64,000 nt of DNA, taken from the NCBI GenBank assembly GCA_052168235.1, contig JBQLZK010000002.1, positions 64,001-128,000 on the forward strand, given 5' to 3'. The translations under genes were made by a program, and so were the position numbers. Of the stretch, positions 28,579 through 39,395 are shown piece after piece. This stretch comes from Thainema sp. Lineage in GTDB: Bacteria; Cyanobacteriota; Cyanobacteriia; Phormidesmidales; Phormidesmidaceae. Numbering within the stretch: position 1 is the stretch's first letter; every line of letters starts with the position of its first letter. Below the pieces are notes generated by a model, which worked only from the letters and a program-made list of their open reading frames with translations, ran no database searches and had not been told where the DNA came from.

Positions 28579-29988
28579 CTAGAGTTGCTTCACTTCAGCC
28601 ACTAGCTCAGACACCACGTCTTTCGCGCTGCCGAACATCATCATGGTTTTGTTCTTGTAGAACAGCTCATTATCGATGCCCGCAAAGCCAGTATTCAGGC
28701 TGCGCTTAATCACAATGGTGTTTTTGGCTTTATCAACTTCAAGAATCGGCATCCCGTAGATAGGGCTGCTCTGGCTGTCCCGTGCCGCAGGATTCACCAC
28801 GTCATTGGCACCAATGACCAGAACCACATCTGTCCGATCGAACTCAGGATTAATGTCATCCATATCGGCAAGCTGCGTATACGGTACATTGGCCTCGGCT
28901 AGCAAGACGTTCATGTGACCTGGCATCCGGCCTGCAACGGGGTGAATCGCGTACTTCACACCCACGCCCAGCCGCTCTAGCTGATCAACAAGTTCCCGTA
29001 CCGAATGCTGCGCTTGAGCAACGGCCATACCGTAACCGGGCACAATCACCACGCTGCGAGCATAGCCGAGCATCATTGCGCCTTCTTCTGCTTCGATGGA
29101 ATGCACCACCTTATCAGTCACAGTGCCACCGCCACCTGTTGCACTGCCAGCCGCGCCATCTGTACCAAACGCACTAAACAAGACGTTGGTAATCGAGCGG
29201 TTCATCGCCTTACACATGATTTGGGTCAGGATAATCCCTGATGCACCAACCAATGCACCGGCAATGATCAGCATGTTGTTGCCCAAGATAAAGCCAGCGG
29301 CACTCGCAGCCAAACCCGAATAGGAGTTCAATAGCGAAATGACCACGGGCATGTCAGCCCCGCCAATCGGGATGACAAACAAAACTCCGAGTAGTGCCGA
29401 AACAGCCACTAATCCCAGAAATAGAGCGGAATTAGCCGGATTCCACAGCAGATAGCCACTACCCGCAAGAAACAGACCCGCTAGTACAATGCTAACGACC
29501 CGCTGCCCAGGAAATAAAATGGGGCTACCGGACATGATGCCTTGTAATTTTGCAAAAGCGACTAAGCTACCCGTCAGCGTAACGCCACCAATAAATACGC
29601 CAAGCACAGCAATCAGCGTGGCATCCAACGGGACTCGGCTCGGTTCACCCAGCAGTCGGTAAAACTCACCCACGGCAACGAGGGCTGATGCCGCACCGCC
29701 TAAACCGTTGAGTAAACCTACCATCTGTGGCATATCAGTCATTTCGACTTTGCGAGCTGCGATCGCACCAATCAGCGAACCGATAATGATCCCCACCAGA
29801 ATCATTTCGTAGTTGAGGACGTTCTGGTTTAAAAGCGTGGCGACTATTGCTGCCAACATGCCGACTGAAGCGAGAATATTACCTTGACGGGCTGTGGCAG
29901 GCGATCCCAGTCGTTTGAGACCGACAATAAATAAGGAGGCGGCCAGCAGATATGTGAGTTCGATTCCGGTATTTAACATTGAATTCAT
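28579..29988 (-). CDS. pntB: NAD(P) transhydrogenase subunit beta
   Basis: GGADMPVVISLLNSYSG, VPGYGMAVAQAQH and HPVAGRMPGHMNV motifs. Confidence 0.97.
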   Translation of the reverse strand: MNSMLNTGIELTYLLAASLFIVGLKRLGSPATARQGNILASVGMLAAIVATLLNQNVLNYEMILVGIIIGSLIGAIAARKVEMTDMPQMVGLLNGLGGAASALVAVGEFYRLLGEPSRVPLDATLIAVLGVFIGGVTLTGSLVAFAKLQGIMSGSPILFPGQRVVSIVLAGLFLAGSGYLLWNPANSALFLGLVAVSALLGVLFVIPIGGADMPVVISLLNSYSGLAASAAGFILGNNMLIIAGALVGASGIILTQIMCKAMNRSITNVLFSAFGTDGAAGSATGGGGTVTDKVVHSIEAEEGAMMLGYARSVVIVPGYGMAVAQAQHSVRELVDQLERLGVGVKYAIHPVAGRMPGHMNVLLAEANVPYTQLADMDDINPEFDRTDVVLVIGANDVVNPAARDSQSSPIYGMPILEVDKAKNTIVIKRSLNTGFAGIDNELFYKNKTMMMFGSAKDVVSELVAEVKQL

Positions 29989-30000
29989 GCCTTCACCTCC

Positions 30001-30279
30001 CTATTTCTTGAACATTTGCAGCATACGGTCAGTCACCAGAAAACCACCGACTACATTCACCGTTGCCAAAACCACGGCAATCAAACCCAAAATGACAGTA
30101 ATATTCCATTCTCTTGGCCCCGCAATCAGTAGAGCGCCGACGACGGCAATTCCTGAAATGGCGTTTGCACCCGACATCAGCGGCGTATGGAGGGTTGGCG
30201 GGACTTTATTAATCACCTCAAATCCCACAAACGATGCCAGCACAAATACAAATAAGCTAGCGATAAATAGTCCGGTCAT
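30001..30279 (-). CDS. pntA: NAD(P) transhydrogenase subunit alpha part 2
   Basis: VPPTLHTPLMSGANAISG and GGFLVTDRMLQMF motifs. Confidence 0.95.
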   Translation of the reverse strand: MTGLFIASLFVFVLASFVGFEVINKVPPTLHTPLMSGANAISGIAVVGALLIAGPREWNITVILGLIAVVLATVNVVGGFLVTDRMLQMFKK

Positions 30280-30312
30280 AATTTTTCTATTGCGTCCTTC
30301 TTCTGTGCTTGA

Positions 30313-31464
30313 CTACATCAGAGCTACTTCCAGCGCATCCTGTACCCGCTGATTCAAAATTTCGCCATTGTGGGTAACACAGGCTCCGCTGATAATGTCG
30401 TCACCAAAATCGAGATTCAATTCGCCATCTTTGACGATCAGCTGCACCAGTGTTTGCAAATTCTTGGCATAGAGCTGGCTGGCATGCACGGGTACTGAAG
30501 ACGGTAAATTCGTAGGGCCAATAATCGTGACTCCATGCCGCACCACATCGCGCCCAGATTCAGATCCAACCACATTGCCGCCCTGATCGGCTGCTAAGTC
30601 CACAATGACGGAACCCGGAGCCATGCTGGCCACCATCTCATCGGTCACTAGGATCGGTGCTTTCTTACCCGGCACCTGAGCAGTGGTGATCACGACATCC
30701 GCCTGACTCACATGTTCAGCGACTAACTCACGCGATCGCTGTTTTGCCTGTTCCGACAGTTCCTTGGCATAGCCGCCTGCTGCCGCTGTTTCTTCATCCA
30801 GCGTCACTTCGACAAACCGTGCGCCCAAGCTCTGCACTTCTTCCTTCACCGCTGGCCGAATATCAAAGGCTTCCACGACAGCACCTAATCGACGAGCAGT
30901 TGAGATCGCTTGTAATCCGGCAACACCCGCTCCCATGACAAATACCTTGGCCGGACGGATAGTTCCCGCTGCCGTCGTCAACATTGGGAAATATTTAGGC
31001 AGTGCAGTTGCTGCAATTAACGCTGCTTTGTAACCAGCAATACTAGCTTGGGATGACAGTGCATCCATGCTTTGCGCCCGCGTCGTGCGGGGGATCATTT
31101 CCATGCTGAATGCAGTGACGCGGCGGTTGGCTAGGCGACGGGCAATTTCTGGCTGACCCAGTGGATCCATAAAGCCCACGAGAACTGATCCATCTCGAAG
31201 CAAATCCACTTCCGATCGCCCATCTTGATCTTGAGGGGGCCGCACCTTGAGCAGGATATCGGCTTCCCGCCACAGCTTTTCTCGATCGGTAATAATCTGG
31301 GCACCCACAGCCTCATACTCTGCATCCGGAAAATAAGCACGATCCCCAGCGCCAGCCTCAACCCAAACGTCAAAGCCCTGCTTCACGAGTCGCGATACGA
31401 CATCGGGGATCAAAGCAACTCGACGTTCACTAACTTCGATTTCTCTTGCTACTGCAATTTTCAT
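30313..31464 (-). CDS. pntA: NAD(P) transhydrogenase subunit alpha part 1
   Basis: ERRVALIP, RAQSMDALSSQ, GAGVAGLQA and GGYAKE motifs. Confidence 0.97.
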   Translation of the reverse strand: MKIAVAREIEVSERRVALIPDVVSRLVKQGFDVWVEAGAGDRAYFPDAEYEAVGAQIITDREKLWREADILLKVRPPQDQDGRSEVDLLRDGSVLVGFMDPLGQPEIARRLANRRVTAFSMEMIPRTTRAQSMDALSSQASIAGYKAALIAATALPKYFPMLTTAAGTIRPAKVFVMGAGVAGLQAISTARRLGAVVEAFDIRPAVKEEVQSLGARFVEVTLDEETAAAGGYAKELSEQAKQRSRELVAEHVSQADVVITTAQVPGKKAPILVTDEMVASMAPGSVIVDLAADQGGNVVGSESGRDVVRHGVTIIGPTNLPSSVPVHASQLYAKNLQTLVQLIVKDGELNLDFGDDIISGACVTHNGEILNQRVQDALEVALM

Positions 31465-32944
31465 AAATATTCCTCAATAAACAACGCTAAAGCCTGAAAC
31501 ACTCAGGCTCAAGCAGTGTATCGATAGCATGGAATCGTTGATTTAGACGTTAATGACAACCACACTGCTGCAACATTTGCGTCAAATTGCTTGCGTCTCA
31601 ACTTTGACTCATTCCAATTCGTCTCAACAGCTTTGATAAATCGTCCAATCCAGCACTTCTCAAAACCATGTTTTTTTGCTGCCATCTCACAGCAGTGCTG
31701 ATAAATTCAAATCGCACTCATTTCAAATTCTAAAGAGTTTTTTCGCTACAGCGTCCTGTTCTTTAGCTTGTTTTATAGATTGAATGACATTGACTCCGTG
31801 CTTATCCAAATTTTCTTGGATTTCAACCTGATTCTTTATATTTAGCTCAAAAAGCAGAGGTATATAGACCTACTCTTTGACAACGTCTAAATCTACAGCA
31901 GGAGTATTTAACTCGATCTTTTTGTTTTTAGCTATTTAGTTTTATCTGATACCTCTCATCGCCTCAATCTGTATCTTCAGATGCTTGCTCGGGCCAATTA
32001 TATGTTCAGTCCCATAGGCATCGTTTAACTCGAACTCGTTTAAAGATCGAAGCCAATTATTCTATTCACAGTGTCATGTTCTCCTGATGCTAATCTTGAA
32101 TTTTGTAGTCGATAAGAATAAAAACTTTAAAGTGCAACTCTGATTCAGTTGAACGCGCGAAAATCATATATTTTCATGAAAAACGAAATAAGCTTTGCTA
32201 AGCCAATTTGAAACTGAAAATAAAAATCTATTGCTTTGCAATTCATTCAAACTAAATATCAATAATTCAATACATAAAACATTGAGAACACAATAAAGAG
32301 CAAGAAGAAAGCAAGACAGAACTAGTTAGAGGTGCAGGATATTTCAGACTTCATACCAATTGTGTTTGGCTTCAACACAGCGACAGAACGACTATAGCGA
32401 TTTGAGCTATGGCCACTAACTCCCCAAATGACTTGAAACGAAGATCAGGTGGGCGATTACGTAAATAGCTGAGAATACTGAGATAAGCGTTTTGTGCTAT
32501 TTTCCTTTGCTGCGGTTTAGCTTTAACAAAAGCTTGCTCATTATCAAGTACACAGCAAGCACCATCTTGTTTGGCGTGATCTTAGTCCAACCGAGGAACA
32601 AATCATCCCTGATTTAGGTCAATCTTCTTGATGTTGGTCAAAGTTTCCTGCCTGACATTACTTAATTGACGGTATGGGGCTGTCTGCGTAGTTCGATTCT
32701 GCCGACTCTATCGGCAATTCGACAACATAACTGCTACATTCATTAAGATTGAGCAATGTTCTGTAATAGTTGCCAAATAGTCGCCGCGCGATTGTAGAAA
32801 CATCTAAGTCTCTGCATTCGTCTGATTCTAGGGTCAATCTGACCGTTGTTTGTGCTGCATCGGCAGTTTGAGTTGTCCATCAGACAAAGTGTAGTTTGAC
32901 ACAAATTCATGCTTAGCTAGTTTGTGAGGAGCTGAATTCGCTTT

Positions 32945-33475
32945 ATGAATATTCGTCATTTATCTAAAACCGGGCTTATTGCAGGACTTGCGATCGCAAC
33001 CTGTTTAGCCAGCAGCCTTCCCCTTGTTGCCGTTGCCCAAAGCGGACTGCCTGGCCTCACCATCTTTGGAGGCCCGGAAGAGGAGCTAGGTTATCGCTTT
33101 GACTTTGGGGGCACAAGAGCGACGACCGATCGGCTCCGCTTGCGTTTTCCGGGAGATAAGCTGGAACTGGGTGTCAACGAAATTTTGATTACTTATCCAG
33201 AAACCTACAGAGGTGATTTCGAAACCGATGAAATTGATGTTCGGGTTGACGGCGATAACCAGCCAATCGATGAAGTGGTATGGGACGAAGATCGGCGCGA
33301 AATCCGAATCTATCTAGTAGAGCCAATTCCAGCCCAAACCAGTATTGAGGTCGTAATGTCTGATCTCTATCTGCCACGTCGCTCGGGAATGCACTTCTTT
33401 GAAGGATATATTTATGCGCCTGGCGATGTCAGCATCAGCCGCAAGATCGGAACATGGGTTGTCACTGTCAACTAG
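32945..33475 (+). CDS. DUF2808 family secreted protein
   Basis: Signal peptide plus GLPGLTIFGG and C-terminal IGTW; this family commonly precedes rpmH in cyanobacteria. Confidence 0.75.
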   Translation: MNIRHLSKTGLIAGLAIATCLASSLPLVAVAQSGLPGLTIFGGPEEELGYRFDFGGTRATTDRLRLRFPGDKLELGVNEILITYPETYRGDFETDEIDVRVDGDNQPIDEVVWDEDRREIRIYLVEPIPAQTSIEVVMSDLYLPRRSGMHFFEGYIYAPGDVSISRKIGTWVVTVN

Positions 33476-33604
33476 TCATTATCAACTAAATTGATTGTCG
33501 TGATGATCAATTCTTGGATTGATTCTTACAGAGATGGCAATTTTTAGTGCTAACATAGTAGACTGCGTCTTCATGGTAGTCACAGAGCAAGCAGGAGGAT
33601 AGAG

Positions 33605-33742
33605 ATGACTAAGCGCACGCTAGGAGGTACCGTCCGCAAGCGGAAAAGAACCTCCGGATTTCGCGCACGGATGCGCACCAAGACCGGACAGCGTGTCATT
33701 AAGGCTCGTCGTCGTAAGGGGCGGCAGCGACTTAGCGTCTAA
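33605..33742 (+). CDS. rpmH: 50S ribosomal protein L34 (not in ORF track)
   Basis: Hand translation [53 protein letters not shown]. Confidence 0.97.
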   Translation: MTKRTLGGTVRKRKRTSGFRARMRTKTGQRVIKARRRKGRQRLSV

Positions 33743-33876
33743 TCTGTCCACCAGATTGGGTTCGCTTTCTAAATTCAAAAAGAGCTTGATTAAGAGTTAG
33801 GTAGTTGGTTCTCGTTGCCTTCGCAATTTGTTGTTTGCGTTGATCAGAACCCAGTCTTAGTCGGTATGGTTTATTT

Positions 33877-33915
33877 CAAAAGATCGCAGAACTTTAGTAG
33901 ATCTGCGATCTTTTG
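33877..33915 (+). terminator. Hairpin between rpmH and rnpA
   Basis: CAAAAGATCGCAGA...TCTGCGATCTTTTG. Confidence 0.55.
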
Positions 33916-33942
33916 TTGCTTGGGTTAAACCAGCAAGCTGGA

Positions 33943-34067
33943 TATGGCACTACGCCCGTAGGTTAGAACATAGTATTTTGGGGTGAAAGCATTTTCTGGG
34001 AAGCCACGTTTCACGCGGCTTCCCAGAAGAATTAGTTTTAAGTTTTAATTGAGCGCGTAGCGCCATA
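33943..34067. mobile_element. TA-flanked MITE related to family C
   Basis: TA-TGGCACTACGC...GCGTAGCGCCA-TA ends with inner TTAGAAC/GTTTTAA motifs; internal hairpin TTCTGGGAAGCCACGT-TTC-ACGCGGCTTCCCAGAA. Confidence 0.7.
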
Positions 34068-34091
34068 AAGCAGTTTGGAGGAGAGACTTAG

Positions 34092-34499
34092 GTGGGACTG
34101 CCGAGAGCAAATCGGTTGACGCATCGGCGAGATTTTTCAGCAGTCTATCGCCACGGGACTCGCTTTAGTTCCCCACACCTCATGCTAAGAACCTTGCCGA
34201 TCTCAGCCTCACCGCTGCAGGCCAAGCTTGATAATGTGCAGGATGTAAATTCTGGATCTCAACAACCTCATACTCGTATTGGCATTGTTGTCAGCCAAAA
34301 AGTCGATAAACGAGCTGTTGTGCGTAACCGAATTAAGCGTCGGCTCCAGGCCGCCTTCATGACATTGCGATCGCAGATTCAACCCGGTTGGTTACTCGTG
34401 GTTGGCGTCCGTCCTCAAGCAGTTCAATGCGAATACGAACAATTTCTGCAAGAATTAGAGCAGTTATTGGCCGATGCGGAGGTATTCAATGGCAATTAA
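34092..34499 (+). CDS. rnpA: Ribonuclease P protein component
   Basis: RIGIVVSQKVDKRAVVRNRIKRRL (RNR motif). Confidence 0.95.
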   Translation: MGLPRANRLTHRRDFSAVYRHGTRFSSPHLMLRTLPISASPLQAKLDNVQDVNSGSQQPHTRIGIVVSQKVDKRAVVRNRIKRRLQAAFMTLRSQIQPGWLLVVGVRPQAVQCEYEQFLQELEQLLADAEVFNGN

Positions 34500-34881
34500 A
34501 GAGGAAGTCTATTTCGAGGGAGGCCCGCACATTGGCGATCTGATCATTAACCTGCTTTTGGCCTTCACCGTCATTTGTATCCCCTTAACCATTGGGGCCA
34601 TCGTACGTGCCCTGTGGCTACGCTATCGGATCACGAATCGACGGATTTCCATCAACGGAGGCTGGCTTGGTCGCGATCGCACCGATGTTATCTACAAAGA
34701 AATTTCCAAAGTTGTCACCGTTCCCCGTGGTTTAGGATTTTGGGGCGATATGGTTCTGACCCTCAAAGACGGCAGCCGCATAGAAATGAAAGCTGTCCCC
34801 AATTTCCGCGATGTTTATGACTACATCAACGAAAAACTTTTGCCTGGCGCAAAAGCCGCCAGCGGCGCAATTGGCAGCTAG
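34489..34881 (+). CDS. Bacterial PH domain membrane protein
   Basis: EEVYFEGGPHIGDL...LRYRITNRRI; conserved position between rnpA and yidC in cyanobacteria. Confidence 0.88.
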   Translation: MAIKEEVYFEGGPHIGDLIINLLLAFTVICIPLTIGAIVRALWLRYRITNRRISINGGWLGRDRTDVIYKEISKVVTVPRGLGFWGDMVLTLKDGSRIEMKAVPNFRDVYDYINEKLLPGAKAASGAIGS

Positions 34882-35223
34882 CATTAGTTGATGGCAACGA
34901 TAATAAGCACGGATAGCAAATAAGCAAATACTGATTTGAATTGTGTGGCCCCAAAGCCCGTGATGATTTGTGTAAAAGGTTTGCAGTGTCACCCCTCTAC
35001 ACAAAATGGTGGGAGTCTTACACATGAGCTTGATATCAGACGTAAGATATTTCTAGATATAGAGCTGATCAAGCTGCTCTCGAAGTACTCCAAAGAGACT
35101 AGAAGAGGAACAAGGGTGGTTTTCCGACCCTATTCACAATTCGCAATCTGATCCGGATTCGGATAGATTAGAGTTCAGGCGATTTAGCCGTCGATCAACA
35201 CAGCAGATTAAACAACAAGACGC

Positions 35224-36414
35224 ATGGATTTCGGTATCGGATTTCTTTCCAACAATGTCATGCTGCCAATCCTGGATTTCTTCTACGGGATTGTGCCCAG
35301 CTATGGCCTCGCAATTGTCGCATTGACGCTGGTGATCCGCTTCGCGCTGTATCCGCTCAGCGCTGGATCTATCCGAAATATGCGTCGGATGAAAGTGACG
35401 CAGCCTATGATGCAAAAGCGAGTGAAGGAAATCCAAGCTCGCTACAAGGATGATCCAACTAAGCAGCAAGAAGAAATGAGCAAAGTCTACAAGGAGTTTG
35501 GTAACCCCTTGGCAGGCTGTTTTCCAGTCTTACTGCAAATGCCCATCCTGTTTGCTCTGTTCGCAACGTTAAGAGGATCGCCGTTCTCGGATGTTGCCTA
35601 TACCTTTAATCTGCAGGTCTTGCCCCAGACGCAAATCGAACAGATTCAGCCCCAAACATTCTCAACCAAGCCACAAAATATTTATGTAACAGACGGAATC
35701 CACGAGAAGGTAGCGGCGATTCTGCCAGGTGGCAACAAGCTGGCTGTTGGTGAGAAAACAAACCTAGAATTTCAAACGCCAGATGGGAAACCCCTAAGCA
35801 CTCTTGTTAACGAGTATGGGCAAACGTCTGATTTAACTCCTCACCTTGAAGTAACCAAAGGACAGGAGCGGGTTCAAATTGATGAAAATGGCAACATTCA
35901 GGCGCTGCAGCCAGGTGATGTCACGATTCAAGCCAAGATTCCAGGTTTAGCATCGAATAAGGGTTTCTTGTTTATTGAAGCTCTAGGTCGGGTGGGTGCC
36001 GTTGGTGAAAACGGAGACATCCACTGGGATATTGCTGGCATGATTCTCTTTTTCGGCATTAGCCTGTACGTTAATCAGCTACTGTCCGGTCAGGGAGCCA
36101 GCGATAACCCCCAGCAGGCGACTGTCAATAAGCTGACCCCAGTGCTGTTTTCGGGTATGTTTTTCTTCTTCCCTTTGCCCGCTGGTGTGCTGATGTACAT
36201 GGTGATTGCTAACATCTTCCAAACGGCTCAGACATTTATCCTGTCGAGGGAACCCCTGCCAGAAAATTTACAGAAGCTGGCGGAAGCTGGCGCTAGTGCA
36301 TCGGGTGGTAGCGGAAACGCAGATAGCAATGGAGACTCAGGCCGAGAAGCACTGCCATTTGAACCCGGTCAAGGTAAGAGCCAAAGCAAGAAGAAAAAGA
36401 AGGAAAAAGCGTAG
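35224..36414 (+). CDS. yidC: Membrane protein insertase YidC
   Basis: [35 protein letters not shown] and LPAGVLMY motifs. Confidence 0.97.
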   Translation: MDFGIGFLSNNVMLPILDFFYGIVPSYGLAIVALTLVIRFALYPLSAGSIRNMRRMKVTQPMMQKRVKEIQARYKDDPTKQQEEMSKVYKEFGNPLAGCFPVLLQMPILFALFATLRGSPFSDVAYTFNLQVLPQTQIEQIQPQTFSTKPQNIYVTDGIHEKVAAILPGGNKLAVGEKTNLEFQTPDGKPLSTLVNEYGQTSDLTPHLEVTKGQERVQIDENGNIQALQPGDVTIQAKIPGLASNKGFLFIEALGRVGAVGENGDIHWDIAGMILFFGISLYVNQLLSGQGASDNPQQATVNKLTPVLFSGMFFFFPLPAGVLMYMVIANIFQTAQTFILSREPLPENLQKLAEAGASASGGSGNADSNGDSGREALPFEPGQGKSQSKKKKKEKA

Positions 36415-36426
36415 GATATTAAACCC

Positions 36427-36939
36427 ATGAATGAGAGCCAACAGCGCGGCATTGAATGGATGGAATCATTCCTAAATCTTGCTAATTTGCCTGCTCAGGT
36501 TAAGGCGCATGAGGATGAGCATGTGGGCGAAGAAAACAGCTGTTGGCTCACTATTGATGAATCGCAAATGACCCCGGCGCAAATTGAAGGTTTGACTGGA
36601 TCTGATGGTGCGGTACTGGATGCTATTCAGTATTTGGTAAACACGGTACTCAACATTGGTCGAGACAAGAATGAACAGCAGCCTTATACCGTTGAACTAG
36701 CTGGGTATCGTGTACGGCGGCAGGCTGAGCTGACCCAGATGGCTGAGCAAGCAGCGCAAGAGGTACGTGAAACTCATCGGGAAGTGGAGTTATCTTCTCT
36801 ATCTGCTGCGGAACGCCGACAAATTCATACCCTATTCAAAGAGTATGAAGAACTAGAAACTTACAGCCGCGGCAAAGAGCCTAACCGTCTACTGGTTGTG
36901 CGTTTAGCCTCAAATGCTGATTCAGATGAGGAACAGTGA
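36427..36939 (+). CDS. jag: Jag/KhpB-like RNA-binding protein (KH + R3H)
   Basis: LDAIQYL, ERRQIH and SRGKEPNR motifs. Confidence 0.88.
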   Translation: MNESQQRGIEWMESFLNLANLPAQVKAHEDEHVGEENSCWLTIDESQMTPAQIEGLTGSDGAVLDAIQYLVNTVLNIGRDKNEQQPYTVELAGYRVRRQAELTQMAEQAAQEVRETHREVELSSLSAAERRQIHTLFKEYEELETYSRGKEPNRLLVVRLASNADSDEEQ

Positions 36940-37123
36940 TTAATTGTTCGATTGCCTAGTTTCTGTTTTTAGTTGCTGTAAGCCGATCGGGATGTTTGGA
37001 TGGTAGGCAGAACAGTCTCGAATGTCGGCAAGCTTTAGCCTTAAGCTAGGAATCAGGATTGGTCTCAATACAAAATTTTAGGTCAGGTTAAAACCGGATG
37101 CTCCATTAGCAGGCAGCAGGAGG

Positions 37124-37642
37124 ATGATTAAGATGATGCGTGCAATTTACATTCCCGAACTGCGTCAGGCACCGGATCAAACCCGCGTTTTAGACGTTAA
37201 AGAGTATTTGCCTGATCTTGAAAGCCTTACTCCTGTGCAGGGGACAATGAAAGTGAGTCACTGCGGTAACTACATAGAAGTGGAAGCACAGGTTGAAACG
37301 ATTGTGACGCTGACCTGTAACCGCTGTTTACAGCAGTACAATCATCGGCTCAAGGCAGATACAAAGGAACTGATTTGGCTCCAGGATGAGCTGCCCGAAG
37401 TTGATCAGCCTGGCGTGGAGATTGAAGTTCCTCTAGAAGATCTGGTTGAAACGCTACCGCCAAAAGGATATTTTCAGCCGGCTGACTGGCTATATCAGCA
37501 GCTTTGTTTAGCTTTGCCAGCACGGCAGCTGTGCGATCGCAACTGTCCTGGCATTGACACATCGAACGCGGAAGCGCAATCCTTAGTGGATTCTCGCTGG
37601 TCAGCACTGGAAATCTTGAAACAGCAACTGTCCAATAACTAG
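37124..37642 (+). CDS. yceD: YceD/DUF177 family protein
   Basis: CNRCL, LCLALP..LC...CPG and DSRWSAL motifs. Confidence 0.88.
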   Translation: MIKMMRAIYIPELRQAPDQTRVLDVKEYLPDLESLTPVQGTMKVSHCGNYIEVEAQVETIVTLTCNRCLQQYNHRLKADTKELIWLQDELPEVDQPGVEIEVPLEDLVETLPPKGYFQPADWLYQQLCLALPARQLCDRNCPGIDTSNAEAQSLVDSRWSALEILKQQLSNN

Positions 37643-37669
37643 TGGCTTCATATCTTAGCCTCAAGAATC

Positions 37670-39193
37670 ATGAGCTTTAGCCAAGAGCTAGAACTGCTGC
37701 TGAGAGCGCGATACTCTGTGCTGTATCTGCCGACCCGCGAAGAAGAGCGGGTCGAAGGCGAGATCGCTGCTCTCGCTCAGCGTCAGGGCAATCGCGCCGT
37801 ATATACTTGGGACTTCGTTGACGGCTATCAGGGCAATCCCAACGATGCTGGATTTGGGCGGCGCAATCCTCTGCAAGCTCTAGAACTGGTTGAAAAATTA
37901 CCGTCCTCAGCCGCCGCTATTTTTGTACTGCGCGATTTTCATCGGTTTTTAGACGATGTTGCGATCGCACGTAAGCTGCGCAACCTCGCCCGCATTCTCA
38001 AATCGCAGCCCAAAAATCTAATTATCATTGCGCCAACGGTCACCATTCCAGATGATCTGGGTGAAGTGATTACGGTTCTGGAGTTTCCGCTACCGACCCT
38101 GGACGAAATCAGTACTGAAGTGCGATCGCTGCTATCTGCTACCAATAGTCACTTGGATAGCCGCACAGAGGACGAGCTAATTCGTTCCTGCCAAGGACTT
38201 TCAATTGAGCGGATTCGTCGAGTCATTGCCCGTTCCGTTGCCACTCACGGTCAATTTCAAGCCGATGATATTGACCTGATTTTGCAGGAAAAGCGTCAGA
38301 CAATCCGTCAGACTCAGATTCTAGACTTTTATCCGGCCAGCGAAAAAATTTCTGATATTGGCGGTTTAGAAAACCTCAAGGATTGGCTGCTGAAGCGCGG
38401 CGGTGCTTTTTCTGAACGGGCACGACAGTACGGATTGCCCCATCCTCGGGGATTGCTGCTGGTTGGTATTCAAGGTACAGGTAAGTCTCTCACAGCTAAA
38501 GCAATCGCTCATCACTGGCATTTGCCCCTGCTGCGGCTGGATGTCGGTCGGCTCTTTGCGGGGCTGGTGGGTGAGTCGGAGTCACGTACTCGGCAAATGA
38601 TTCAAATTGCCGAAGCGCTGGCTCCCTGCGTCCTGTGGATTGATGAAATTGACAAAGCATTTGCTGGCTTTGATAGTCGAGGAGATTCCGGCACCACCAG
38701 CCGCGTGTTTGGCACCTTTATTACCTGGTTAGCCGAAAAAACATCGCCTGTCTTTGTGGTGGCGACTGCCAATAATATCCAAACTCTACCGCCAGAAATG
38801 CTGAGGCGCGGCAGATTTGACGAAATTTTCTTTGTTGGTTTGCCGAGTCAGGAAGAGCGTAAAGCCATCTTTGAGGTTCATCTTTCTCGTTTACGACCTC
38901 ACAATGTCAGTCAGTATGACTGCGATCGCTTAGCCTACGAGACTCCCGACTTCTCTGGAGCAGAGATTGAACAGACGATCATTGAAGCCATGCACATTGG
39001 TTTTAGCCAGAATCGCGACTTCAATAACGATGACATTTTAGAAGCAGCTAGCCAAGTGATCCCGCTAGCCCGTACCGCCCGCGATCAAATCCAGCGGCTA
39101 CAGGAATGGGCCAATTCTGGTCGAGCCAGACTGGCTTCTCGACACAGTAGCCTTAGCGATCGCATTCAGCGACAAATGGAATCTACTGATTGA
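37670..39193 (+). CDS. ycf46: AAA+ ATPase, Ycf46-like
   Basis: GIQGTGKS, WIDEIDK and LPPEMLRRGRFDEIFF motifs. Confidence 0.85.
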   Translation: MSFSQELELLLRARYSVLYLPTREEERVEGEIAALAQRQGNRAVYTWDFVDGYQGNPNDAGFGRRNPLQALELVEKLPSSAAAIFVLRDFHRFLDDVAIARKLRNLARILKSQPKNLIIIAPTVTIPDDLGEVITVLEFPLPTLDEISTEVRSLLSATNSHLDSRTEDELIRSCQGLSIERIRRVIARSVATHGQFQADDIDLILQEKRQTIRQTQILDFYPASEKISDIGGLENLKDWLLKRGGAFSERARQYGLPHPRGLLLVGIQGTGKSLTAKAIAHHWHLPLLRLDVGRLFAGLVGESESRTRQMIQIAEALAPCVLWIDEIDKAFAGFDSRGDSGTTSRVFGTFITWLAEKTSPVFVVATANNIQTLPPEMLRRGRFDEIFFVGLPSQEERKAIFEVHLSRLRPHNVSQYDCDRLAYETPDFSGAEIEQTIIEAMHIGFSQNRDFNNDDILEAASQVIPLARTARDQIQRLQEWANSGRARLASRHSSLSDRIQRQMESTD

Positions 39194-39214
39194 ATCGTTT
39201 AATTGGTTTTGCAT

Positions 39215-39246
39215 AAGTATGGACACGGCATCTCGTGTCCATACTT
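39215..39246. repeat. Degenerate REP-like hairpin (GGACACGGCA core)
   Basis: AAGTATGGACACG-GCATCT-CGTGTCCATACTT. Confidence 0.6.
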
Positions 39247-39395
39247 TCAGTCCCAAATTATTAAAAATCATCCCGATCTAAGCGATGGGTATTACACTTG
39301 TGTTCTAGCAGAGCCTCAAGACTGCTCACACTAGAATTTTGGCGGTTAATTTTGCCCAAATCTGTCGTGGTAAGCAGGTTGGCATAAATCAACGC

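Noticed and set aside
32350..32425. Further MITE ends (ATACCAATT, TATAGCGATTT)
   Set aside because: I found no matching inverted partner end or internal hairpin, so it is too degenerate to call.
31465..32944. oriC next to rpmH
   Set aside because: No dnaA/dnaN nearby and no visible cluster of DnaA boxes.
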